From positions 25,618,663-25,682,662 of the forward strand of contig NC_057719.1 of the NCBI RefSeq assembly GCF_004010195.1: DNA of 64,000 nucleotides. Reading direction: 5' to 3'. Of this stretch, positions 52,971-64,000 are shown in pieces; the stretch's first letter is position 1, and the number at the start of each line of letters is the position of its first letter. The notes beneath the pieces were generated by a model. That model was given only the letters and a program-made list of their open reading frames with translations. It did not search any database and was not told the origin of the DNA. The position numbers were made by a program, and so were the translations under genes. This DNA is from Chiloscyllium plagiosum. Taxonomy: Eukaryota.

Positions 52971-53789
52971 CCATCTAGAGACAGTTAAAAACTAACACTT
53001 AAAGCTGAGAGGAAAGAAACTGATAGGCTGAATTTTCTCATTGTGTCTGGGGAACAGAGATCAGCACTGAATCTGGATCGTGCACCTGACCCTGGGTTGG
53101 GTGTAACAGTTCACTTGCTGTAACATTGACCAGGCTACCCTCTTCATTGGCATGGAGCCAGTTTCTGTGAATAAGAAAAGACTGGCTGCAGGCTCTTGAG
53201 ACTGAATGGCCCACCAGAAATGCTCCAACTTCAGAGCAGCACCTGACTCTAGTGCAAGATAAAAAGATACTCCCACATGAAAGTGCCTGCTTAACCACCT
53301 TTTCAAAAGTAAGTGTAAAGATAGAGAAAGCAGCCAGGTCCACCACCATGGAGTGAGACAGGTACCCCTTCTTTGGTCTGCACCTTCTTCACTGGGTACA
53401 CTCCCCCAGGCCATTGACCTGCTACCTTGCCACATGGAGAGTCCCAGTTGGCTTTCTTAAGTTATCTTCAGCAAGTCCTTAAATGAACCTTATGTCACCC
53501 GGAGTGGGCAGCCCTGCCGCCCCTGAACCTGCCTTGGCCAAAATGGCCAGTGCCTAGACCGGAGCCAAGAAAGTGGCACAATGCTCACTTCAGATGTTTT
53601 TAACCCCAAGCCACCTGTGTTCCCAACATAATTGGCTGGGTCTGAAATTCTTGCCCAATGGCCAGCATTGCCCAGTGGCCAGTTTGGAAGTGACACTTCC
53701 TTTACAGTGTCTACGCGTAAGGAAAAATCTAAGTAAAGGGAAAAAACAAAATCAGAAAGTATGATGCTAAAATGCTAGCAGGTAAGTCA

Positions 53790-54140
53790 TACAATTCCTA
53801 CAATGTGGAAGCAGGCCATTCAGCCCATTGAGTCCACACCGAACCTCCAAAGAGCATCCAACTCAGACCCAGTGCCTTGCCCAATCCCTGTAACCCTGCA
53901 TGCCCTATGGCTAACCCACTAGCCTGCACATTCCTCGAGACTATGGACAATTTAGCATGGCCAACCCATGTAACCTGCACATCTTTGGACCGTGGGAGGG
54001 AACCGGAGCACCCGGAGGAAATCCACATATACACAGGGAGGATGTGCAAACATCACAAAGATAGTTGCCTGAGGCCAGAATCAAACCTGGGTCACTCCCA
54101 TTGTGAGGCAGCAGTGCTAACCATTCAGCCCTTGGTGTGG
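53790..54140 (-). mobile_element. HE1-like V-SINE
   Basis: Reverse-complement V-domain and tRNA head (GGCAGCAGTGCTAACCA). Confidence 0.88.
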
Positions 54141-55224
54141 TAAAACAACTTAATGAACATCCTGGATCAATTCAATGACAGCAGGATGTCAGTAGTTTTG
54201 ACATTAAAATTCCAAATGAGAACTTCAAGACAACTTTCCACAAGTTGAAGAATTCTGTTTGTATATTTAATCGTCAATCCTACAGCTGCCATTTCTGACT
54301 GTGGTAACTATCTGTTCCCAATGATGACCAAGCTAAAATTATGAAGGTCCTCCAAGTCTTTTGCAGGACAAGCTAACACAATGGAATTTGGGCAATTGGT
54401 TAGAAATAAATGATTCATTAGGCCACTCACAGCATATTAAATAATTTCCATTAATTCCAGGTATTTTCTTTGTGCTGAGCTCTAAATACAGATTGGGGGA
54501 TTGCTTTTCTCTTTGAATGGACTTCTAATAGCATATTCTTTTGGTTAGCTTGTACAAAGTCTAATCTGAGTGGAAATGGTCAGCGTGCAGTGTTTGTAAA
54601 TTGTTAGGGCTAATTAAAACAAATAGTCAGCTTGAGCATAGAAATTACAATACAGAAACAGGTAATCGACCCATTATCCACTTTCAATGAGAACTTACAT
54701 ATCTAATTACATGTATTTATCCTGTTCCCATGTAGCTTCAACCTCTTCTTCTTCACCCACTTATTAAATCTAAATATTTTTAATTGACCCATTCCGACAT
54801 GGTCATGAGAAATCTCTGGGGCAGGTGGAACTTGAACCTGTGCCTTCTGTTCCAGAAGTAGAGACACTACCACTGCACATAAAAGCTCCACTTAACCTAA
54901 TCTTGAAATTTAACATAGTTTCTGCCTCACAGCTGGAAGTGAATTCAACAGTCACATAATTCTCTGTAAAAACAGCATTCTCCTGCCTCAGTATAAAATC
55001 GTTTATTTTTAATTTGCAACCTATTGTTCCTTTACTGCTTCAGATTTCTCAACAATTGATACATTTTTGTAGTTTATCAAATTATATTTTATTAGAACAT
55101 GACTTTAATAGCTCCAGCGTTGAAGATGTGAGGCATGTTTCTCAGTTCTCTGCCTGAAGTCAGCTACAAGGGGATCATTTGCCATACAAAGCAAAGTGCA
55201 ATTATTTAAACTTATAGCAAGAAG

Positions 55225-56835
55225 TTATATGGAGTCTGAAGGTACAGCCTCAGTGTGGGTAGAGTTGAGGTACCACAAAGGTAAACAAGACCTTGATGGG
55301 AGGTATGTACAGGCCACCTAACAATAGTCAGGATGTGTGGCAGAAAATAAATCAGGAGATAGAAAAGACATATAAAAATGGCAACATTACAATAATCAAG
55401 GGGGACTTCAAATAGCAGGTGGACTGTGAAAATCAGATTAGCAGCAAATCCCATGAAAAGAAATTAATGGAATATCTACAATATAGTTTTTTTTGAGCAG
55501 CTTGTGGTGGAGCCCAATAGAAAACAGGTTATTCTGGATTTGGTGAATGGGTAATAAGGCAGGCTTAATTAGGGAGCTAAGATGGAGGAACCCCTAGGTG
55601 GCAGTGCCCACACTATGATAGAATTCACCCTTCAATTTGAGATGAAGCAACTTGAATTAGATGTAACAGTCTTACAACTGAGTAAAGTTAACTACAAAGG
55701 CATGACAAAGGAACTGGCCAAAATTGATTGGAATGAAAGTTGAATAGGAAAGACAGAGAAACTGCAATGGCAGGAGGCACTGCAGAAATTCATTCAAAGG
55801 AAGAAAAAACATACTAAGGGGAGGGCGAGGCAACCAAGGTGGACAAGGGAAGTCAGGGACAGCGTAAAAGCAAAGGAAAAAAACATACAACATGGTGAAG
55901 ATTAGTGGGAAGCTGGAGGATTGGGAAAAACCAGCAGCGGACAACATGAAAAGCAATAAACAGGGAGAAGATGAAACGTGAGGGTAAGCTAGTTTGTAAT
56001 ATAAACAAAAGTTCCGTTTTTAGATATCTAAAAGGTAAGAGTGGGGCAGGTGTTGATAGTGGACTACATGAAAATAAGGTTGGAGAAATAGTAATGGCAA
56101 GCAAAGAACTGGTGAAAGAACTGAATATGTACTTTACATCAGTTTTCCCAGTGGAAGACATGAGTAGCGTACCAGAACTTGAATAGTCAAAGGGACCATC
56201 ACTAAGGAAAAGCGGCTGGGGAAGCTGAAAGATCAGGAGGTGGATAAGGCACCCAGACCAGATGAAGTACACATCAGGGTTCTGAAGGAGCTAGCTGAGG
56301 ACATTGTCGCAGCATTGGCAGTGGCCTTTCAAGTATCACTGGAGTAATGGAGGATCCCAGAGTTTGGAAAATGGCTAATGTAACACCCCTGGGTAAGAAG
56401 AGAGGCTGGCAGAAAACAAGAAACTATAGGCCAGTTAGACTGACCTTGGTCATTGGCAAGGTTTTCGAGTTAATTATTAAGGATGAAATTGTGGAGTACT
56501 TGCAAGCGCATGGTAAAATAAGATGGAGTCAGCATGGCTTCATCATGGGGAGGTCACGCCTGACAAATCTGTTAATTCTTTGAGGAAGTAATGAACAAGT
56601 TAGACAAATGAGAGCAGTGAATGCAAGATAACAGCTCATGGTGTTAGGGGCTAGCACTGGCATGGATAGAGAACTGATTGCTGGGGATGTTGATAAAGGG
56701 TTATTTTTCAGGAATGCAGCTAGCGACTAGTGTAGTTTCACAGAATCAGTGTTGGGACCACAACTATTCATATTGTACATTAATGATCCGCATGAAGGAA
56801 TTGTGATCGAATGGTGGAGCAGAATCGATGAGCTA
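55225..56835 (+). mobile_element. CR1 ORF2 fragment (endonuclease to RT) with internal deletions
   Basis: GDF, ELNMYFTSVF, WKMANVTP..NYRPVRLT..QHGFIMGRS. Confidence 0.88.
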
Positions 56836-57244
56836 AACTAAATCAACTATATACTATGATGAATTATAAATGGCTTGCAGTGAATCCTGGACAATGTTTT
56901 GAAACTAAAATTCTATTGCTATTTCTAAACCACGTAATGCTTTCAAGGTGTATACTCTGAAAAAATTAATAAAGTTTCTGCCTTAACTTTCCCTGTAGCT
57001 CATCTGCACAGTAGTTCGAAAAGTATTTGATCCCGTGCCAGGAAGTGTTTTACTTTCTCCGACTGATGTAACTATGAGTCAGGTAGGTTAATTTCAGGAG
57101 CCAAGCAGAAAAAGATATCTCTGCCTTCTTAAATATTTTTCTTTCTCAGTAACATGAATCAGCTTATGTTGTAAAGTTTACAAAAGAAACTACAATACTT
57201 TTACTAACATTTTCTTTTAAAGTAGTCAGCTGTCTGTAGGCCTG

Positions 57245-57475
57245 AGCCGGGTGGGATGGCCAGTGGTCACAAGGCTGGAGGGGACTGGGGTAGTGAGCTG
57301 TTGGTAGGCGTGAGGTGAATGGGATGGCCAGTGGTCATGGTGCCAACTGTTGGTAGGGCTGAGCTGAGCGTGATGGCCAATAGTCACAGGGCTGGAGCAG
57401 AGTGGGATGGCCAGCGGTCACAGGGCTGGAGCAGAGTGGGATGGCCAGCGGTCACAGGGCTGGAGTGGAATGGCT
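57245..57475. repeat. GC-rich tandem repeat, 34-bp unit GGGCTGGAGCAGAGTGGGATGGCCAGCGGTCACA
   Basis: Two identical adjacent units plus degenerate copies. Confidence 0.85.
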
Positions 57476-57815
57476 GGTTGGCTAGGGGCAGAGGGTTTGG
57501 GGCCCAGTGTGGTTAGCCTGTCACAGATCCTGAGCACGGCAGTGGGGGGAGGAAGAGTGAGACCTTGTGTAGAAAACCAACTGCATGGAGAGACTGCAAG
57601 CTTTCGGGACTGTAATGTTTCTCTCTGAACTTTATTTCTTTATCTTCCTAGTTTCTACTCTGATGGACTGTAATGTGGAACTTTTAGCTTTTCTCTTCAT
57701 TTTTCTATTTTTGTACCTAATCTATTTTAGTACGTAAGATTTGGCACCATGTGTAGTGGCATTGTACACATTTCACTGTACTCCTGTACTTTGTAGTTGA
57801 GTACATGTGACAATA

Positions 57816-57958
57816 GCTCCCCCACATTCCTGATGAAGAGCTTAGGTTCGGAATGTCGACTCGTCTGCTCCTTGGATGCTGCCTGACCCGCTGTGCTTTT
57901 CCAGCACCACACATTTTGACTCTAATCTCCAGTATCTGCAGCCCTCGTTTCCTCTGAA
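57816..57958 (+). mobile_element. Short Penelope-type element with degenerate hammerhead core, 11-bp TSD
   Basis: CTGATGA at 57830-57836, GAAA mutated to GGAA; ATGTGACAATA at 57805-57815 and 57959-57969. Confidence 0.75.
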
Positions 57959-58804
57959 ATGTGACAATAAACCTCATTCTAATTCTAAAGAACCTGTGTT
58001 GCAATAATGCTGTCCACTGAGGCAAAGAAACTGAAATTTTAAGTTAATAAATACATTCTGCAGAGTAAGAGAGTGTGGCTGGGGTTTTGAGGCCAGCTTC
58101 TGTTGAGAAAAGTGATAGGTATTGGCTCATGTGTCAAAAAAATATGGTTTTCAACATATAGTGTAATTCGGTATAGATTAAAGCTGTGATCAAATACACC
58201 CTTGGGTTGAAAAATAAATTGCAACACTTATTTATGTTCCTCTATTAATTGCGCGCTTTAAAGCAAAAGGGGAACACATAATTTTTCTTCCCTCTTTGCA
58301 TTCTTATCTATCACTTCAACAAGGACATTTTTCAAACATTTTAGAAAATCTATTTTGCCATTATGGAGCTGTTGTAGAGAGCATTGCATCGGGCAGTTTC
58401 ATCCAATAGGTTTCTAGGTCATCCAGGGAATCAAAGGCTGCTTGTAATATTTGAGGGCTGCATTAATCCATGTTCCATGTGATATAAGAGATTCCAGTTC
58501 CACTTCTGTTATCAGAATGCACTGCCAATCAATTTCTGGCTGTAGCTAAGTCACACTTCTGATATTTGACACCCAGAGTGTTGAGAGAGGTGGGAAGGTT
58601 GGAGGGTCTTTTGTGTTTAAAATCTTGGTCAAGTGGCCATTATTTGTCAATGACAGATACAGCCAGTGGGACTGGTCACTGGGCAGCCTGACTCTCTTCT
58701 GTGGCTATGCCTGCACATGGGTAGCCCTAGTAACCCTAGATGAGATGCATGCAGAGTCTCTGAATAGAAAGGAAAAGAAATTGGCAGATTCTGGAAGTCT
58801 GAAT

Positions 58805-58985
58805 TAAAACAGAAAGCACTGTAGAGACTCAGCAGGTCTTGCAGCATCTGTGGAACAGGAAACAATTAATATTTTGAATCAAGTATAGGCTGGGGGTTGA
58901 AGAAGGGTCATTGGGCTTGAAACATTAATTCTGTTTCTCTCTCCACAGATGCTGCCAGAAGCGCAGAGATTCCTGCTACAGCAGA
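58805..58985. mobile_element. Old inverted pair of Penelope-type short elements
   Basis: GCAGCATCTGTGGA..AATTAATATTTTGA is mirrored by TGAAACATTAATT..TCCACAGATGCTGC. Confidence 0.6.
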
Positions 58986-60269
58986 TTTTGTAACCAATGG
59001 GCACTAGACAAATTATAACACACTGCAGTCATTGAAATAACATTCCCATTTATTTTAGTATGTCTGATTTTCTGAGGAGTGATAATTTCATGCAGATTAC
59101 CACTCCACACTTTCATTTTACCAAAGTAGGAAGTTCTGGTCAGGGCTGCCTTAGAAATGCAGCGCTGCACTTCCATATTGACAGTTCTGTAGTGTAAGCC
59201 TTGCAGAGGGAGGCAAACCATGGCCCCCTTCCCCTCTTTCACAACTGTTAGCTGCTGTGGTCTGAAACTTTAAGCCACATTGGCAGCTGCTGTCACAGGA
59301 ATATTATATACAGTAAGCATGATGTTCAGGTTCTTGGAGGAGGGTGCTCAGATGGACTCAGGGTAGGAGTGGGTGCCATGTATGTAGGGAGACAGCTGGG
59401 GAGAGTGTCAGGTGCCAGGTAGGTAGGGTGCTAGTCTAAATAGAGTATGAGCACAGGAGGGGATACAGTATCAGAAGTATAATGCCAGGTGAGTAGGGGG
59501 TAAGGTGCCAGACATAGGGTATCAGATGGGTAGTGAGTAGGTTGCCAGCCAAATAGGATGCCAGTTGGTTAGGATGTGGTGGAAAGGATTGGCTGCCAAG
59601 TGGGAAGGTGCCAGGGTTGTGAGGTAAGTAATGCACTGATTCGGGTAGGTCAGGACTGGTAGGAGAACTCGGAACGTATAGCAGGGGGGGGCAGTGTCGG
59701 TCCAGTCTGGTGGACGGAATGGGGTTGGGGGATGGTGTAGAGCCAGGTCCAGCAGGGTGGGAGAAAGGACAAGCCTGATGAGTGGGAGGGTAAATATATG
59801 GTATGTATGGGGTTATTTAATAGTTACTTTGGAGATAGGCGGTTTATTTAAAAGATTAACATTTCCTGCACTACTTCATTTCAGTGGATATCTTCGATTT
59901 AAATTTATTGCGGGTGTCTCTTTTTAATAGGACATTCTTATTCAAAGCTTGAGGAGCCATATGGTCTTTTTCTGCTCAACATTCTTTGTTAATTATGCTC
60001 TTAATATAAATAGGTTATCGCACAGTCTGTAAACTGTCCCAACTGTGAGTACATTGTATCATAAGCCTGACTTCGGACTTGTAGATAGTGGGCAGGCTTT
60101 GGGGAGTCAGAAGGCGAGGTACCACAGTTATACTCAGCTATACTGTGGCCTCCTCTTGCAGCCACAGTATTTACATGGCAAGTCCAGATTTCCATTTCTG
60201 GTCAATGGTAACCCACAGGATGTTGATAGTGAAGAATTTGGCAATGGTTTTGGTAATAGATAAGAGTCA

Positions 60270-60920
60270 TAGAGCTTTTTGCAACAGGGAGAAAAGCCCT
60301 TTGACCTATTGTGTCCATGTAGTCATCAACCATCCACCTAGTCTCTTCCCATTTTCCAGCTCTTGGCACATTGCCTTTAATATGACAGGGCTTCAAATGC
60401 TCATCTAAATAGTTCTCAAAAGTTTTGATGGTTCCTGCCAATACCACCCTTTTAGGCAGTCTGTTCCAGTATTCACCATCCACAAAGTGAGGGCAAGGCT
60501 TTTCTCAAGTCCCCTCAAAACTACCTTAAAAGTGGACTTCCTGGTTATTGACTCATCTACTAAGGGCAGGGGTTGGGGGGGGGGGGGGGGGTGGGGGAAA
60601 GAGGGGGTTGCAGGGAACCATCTTTCTATCGAATCTACCTATGCCCCTCAGAGTTTATACGCCTCAATCAGGTCCTTCCTTGGCCTTCCCTGCTCTCAGA
60701 AATCATCCCCAATTGATCTCGCCTCTCTTCATAGCTGAATCACTCCAGCTCAGACAACACCCCATTGAATCGCTTCAGCATCCTCTTGTGCAATCACGCC
60801 CATCCTATAGTGTGGCCACTAGAACTGCACTAAGTACTGCAGTTGAGGCCTAATTAACATTACATACTTCTCCAACATAACCTCCTTGCCCTTGTATTCA
60901 ATGCCTTGACTAATGAAGAG
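60270..60920 (-). mobile_element. CR1 3' fragment
   Basis: Minus-strand WNRLPKRVVLAGTIKTFENYLDEHL. Confidence 0.7.
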
Positions 60921-61970
60921 AAATAATTCCAGGAGCAGCAATTACTGTTTTATATGCTGTTGCATTGTTTTGGAAATTCGGAGAGAAAAAAAAAGTCAAA
61001 ACAGCAACACTTTTAAAAGGGAGAGGAACAGACAGAGCAGCACATGGTCAGGTCAGTGCAGGAGACAGAGAGAGAAAGAAACCCACACTGTTAACTGACA
61101 CAGCTGTGAACCTGCACAGTTACTGCCTTGGCTGTTGAATTCATGTATCACTGGACATCGGAGTACATCTCGGAAAATTAACAAACAGTGAAATTCACAA
61201 CTGATCTTGGAGAAACCTGTTTGGGAGAGGTCACAGCACAGAGACAGATAAATGAATAGTTTTAAATGTGGCTTTGGGGCCTTACCGTATGTCTGCAGTA
61301 GTGAATAGAGTGTGTTCCTTCTTGATTATATATCTCTTGATTAAACTTAAAAATATAAGCCATAAGTATTAAGTTAGCCTGGAACAGTGTTTTGTAGAGG
61401 AATAAGACGGTGCTATTTTCTGGGTCTGCAGATTGGAAGAAGCAAAAATGGCCTTTAGTAGAGTGATATATGTTTCTTGTCAGATGTGGGAGTTCAGGGA
61501 GAGTTTAGGTGTTACTGAGGATTATATCTGCAATAAATGCCATTGGTTGCGAATCCTATCAGATCGAATGGAAGAGTTGTAGCGACAGTTAGAGGCAATG
61601 AGGAATTTACAAGAGCAAGGGGGTGTGATGGATAGTAGTTATAGGAAGGGAGAAAAGCCACAGATATAGTCACATCGATAGGTTAACTCCAGGAAAGGTA
61701 AGAGAAGTAGGCAGGTAGTATAGGAGTCTTCTGTGGCTATCTCCATTTCAAATAAGTATGCCGTTTTGGAAAATGTAGGGGGTGATGGATTCTCAGGGGA
61801 ATGTAGCACGAACAACCAAGTTTATGGTATCAAGACTGGCTCCAATGCAATGAGGGATACATCGGGTTCCAAGACATCAGTTGTGTTAGGGGACTCTCTA
61901 GTCCAAAGTACAGACAGAGGTTTCTGTGGCCAGCAGCAAAAAATCAGAGTGGTGTGTTGTTCCCCTGGTG

Positions 61971-62171
61971 TTTAAAAATGTGTTGCTGGAAAAGCGCAGC
62001 AGGTCAGGCAGCATCAAAGGAACAGGAGAATCGACGTTTCGGGCATAAGCCCTTCCTATGCCCGAAACGTCGATTCTCCTGTTCCTTTGATGCTGCCTGA
62101 CCTGCTGCGCTTTTCCAGCAACACATTTTTAAGTTCTGATCTCCAGCATCTGCAGTCCTCACTTTCTCCTA
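61971..62171. mobile_element. Inverted (hairpin) Penelope-type insertion inside CR1 ORF1, 15-bp TSD
   Basis: 61972-62047 is the perfect reverse complement of 62057-62132; TSD GTTGTT(C/T)CCCTGGTG at 61956-61970 and 62172-62186. Confidence 0.88.
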
Positions 62172-62828
62172 GTTGTTTCCCTGGTGCCAGGATCAAGATG
62201 TCTCAGAGAGGATGCAGTATGTTCTCAAGGGGGAGAGGGGTCAGCAGGAGGTCATTGTACACATTGGAACCAATGACATAGGAAGGGAAAAGTTTGAGAT
62301 TGTGAAGAGAGATTACAGAGAGTTAGGCAGGAATTTACAAAAGAGATTCGTGAGAGTAGTAATATCTGGATTACTCCCAGCGCTACAAGCTAGTGAGGGC
62401 AGGGATAGGAGGATAGAGCAGATGAATGTATGGCTGAGGAGCTGGTGTATGGGAGAAGGGTTCACATTTTTGGATCATGGGAAGCTCTTCTGGGGTAGAA
62501 GTGACCTGTACAAGAAGGACAGATTGCACCTGAATTGGAAGGGGACTAATATACCGGCAGGGAGATTTGCTTGAGCTGCTCGGGAGGATTCAAACTAGTA
62601 AGGTGGAGGGTTGGGACCCAGAGAGATAGTGAGGAAAGAGATCAATCTGAGACTGGTACAGTTGAGAAAACAAGCGAGTCAAACAGTCAGGGCAGGCAGG
62701 GACAAAGTAGAGAGCAAGGTAGGATTGATAAATGAAACTGCATTTATTTCAATGCAAGGGGCCGAAGAGGGAAGGCAGATGAACTCAGGGCATGGTTAGG
62801 AACATGCGACTGGGATATCATAGTTATT

Positions 62829-62928
62829 CTTTTTTATTCCTGATGAAGGGCTTTTGCTCGAAACGTCGATTTCGCTGCTCCTTGGATGCTGCCTGAACTG
62901 CTGTGCTCTTCCAGCACCACTAATCCAG
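62829..62928 (+). mobile_element. Short Penelope-type element with intact hammerhead core inside CR1 ORF2, about 13-bp TSD
   Basis: CTGATGA-a-GGGC-tttt-GCTC-GAAAC-GTC at 62840-62867; TATCATAGT(T/A)ATT at 62816-62828 and 62929-62941. Confidence 0.8.
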
Positions 62929-64000
62929 TATCATAGTAATTACAGAAACATGGCTCAGGGATGGACAGGACTGGCAGCTTAATGTTCCAGGATACAAACG
63001 CTACAGGAAAGGAGGCAAGAGAGGACAGGGAGTGGTGTTTTTGATAAGGGATAGCATTACAGCTGTGCTGAGGGAGGATATTCCTGGAAATACATCCAGG
63101 GAAGTTATTTGGGTGGAACTGAGAAATAAGAAAGGGATGATCACCTTATTGGGGTTGTATTATAGACCCCCTAATAGTCAGAGAGAAATTGAGAAACAAA
63201 TTTGTAAGAAGATCTCAGCTATCTGTAAGAATAATAGAGTGGGGGATTTTAACTTTCCAAACATAGACTGGGACTGCCATAGTGTTAAAGGTTTAGATGG
63301 AGAGGAATTTTGTAAGTGCGTACAATAATAATATCTGATTCATTATGTGGATGTACCTATTAGAGAAGGTGCAAAACTTGACCTACTGTTGGGAAATAAG
63401 GCAGGGCAGGTGACTGAGGTGTCAGTGGGGGAGTACTTTGGGGCCAGCAACCATAATTCTATTAGTTTTAAAATAGTGATGGAAAAGGATAGACCAGATC
63501 TAAAAGTTGAAGTTCTAAATTGGAGAAAGGCCATTTTTGACTGTATTAGGCAAAACTTACAAAAGCTGACTGGGGACAGATTTTCACAGGTAAAGGGACG
63601 GCTGGAAAATGGGAAACCTTCAGAAATGAGGTATCAAGAGTCCAGACACCGTATGTTCCTATTAGGGTGAAAGGAAAGGCTGGTAGGTGTAGGGAATGCT
63701 GGATGACTGAAGAAATTGAGGGTTTGGTTTGGTTAAGAAAAAGAAGGAAGCATATGTCAGGTATAGACAGGATAGATCGAGTGAGTCCTTTGAAAAGTAT
63801 AAAGGCAGTAGGAGTATACTTAAGAAAGAAATCAGGAGGGCAAAACTGAGACATGAGTTAGCTTTGGCAAATAGAGTTAAGGAGAATTCAAAGGGTTTTT
63901 ATAAATACATTAGGGACAAAAGGGTAATTCGGGAGAGAATATGGCCCCTCAAAGATCAGCAAGGCAGCCTTTGTGTGGAGCTGCAGGAGATACTAAACGA

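Larger units (their letters stand above)
61390..64000 (+). mobile_element. CR1 LINE 5' portion: ORF1 (zinc finger/leucine zipper plus SGNH esterase) and ORF2 endonuclease; runs off the window
   Basis: ATG at 61448 (MAFSRV..CQMWE..CNKC); VVLGDSLV, VHIGTNDI, DRLHLN; ORF2 CIYFNARG, YYRPPNS, GDFNFPNIDW, LDLLLGN, SNHN. Stops and two nested insertions. Confidence 0.93.

Noticed and set aside
52773..52988. Cys/Val-rich ORF
   Set aside because: Translation of a (TG)n microsatellite.
53038..53435. Overlapping 103/124-aa minus-strand ORFs upstream of the RIN3 VPS9 exon
   Set aside because: No similarity to RIN3 or known domains and no convincing splice sites.
3946..60597. Poly-G tracts (about 3949, 9211, 60575) as functional G-quadruplexes
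   Set aside because: Simple homopolymer expansions, two of them inside decayed CR1 copies; no supporting context.
62173..62574. SGNH esterase ORF as a host gene
   Set aside because: It is CR1 ORF1, interrupted by insertions and stops and followed by the ORF2 endonuclease.
47035..64000. Further upstream RIN3 exons (VPS9 helical bundle, SH2)
   Set aside because: No matching peptide found by eye; probably outside the window, though a missed exon cannot be excluded.

Overview
Vertebrate genomic DNA, very likely a cartilaginous fish (shark-type HE1/V-SINEs, Deu-SINE, abundant CR1 and Penelope relics; species is inferred). Two spliced genes lie on the minus strand and neither is visible in the ORF track. 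(1) Legumain (LGMN, asparaginyl endopeptidase): nine consecutive coding exons, 20511 down to 2003, with canonical GT-AG sites, consistent phases and intact catalytic His (DHG) and Cys (EACES). The remaining 3' exons were not found and probably lie left of the window. (2) The last three coding exons of RIN3 (end of VPS9 domain, RA domain, stop at 32794); its upstream exons were not found and probably lie right of the window. RIN3 and LGMN are head-to-tail here but convergent in human, and two assembly gaps lie between them. The rest is mostly transposable elements: CR1/L2-type LINE fragments, SINEs, a Penelope GIY-YIG element, a solo LTR upstream of LGMN, MITEs, Harbinger Myb-like relics and tandem repeats. 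The most notable non-genic signal is a family of short Penelope-type insertions with minimal hammerhead-ribozyme cores (CTGANGA..GAAAC-GTC). Several have 11-16 bp target-site duplications and several form inverted hairpins.
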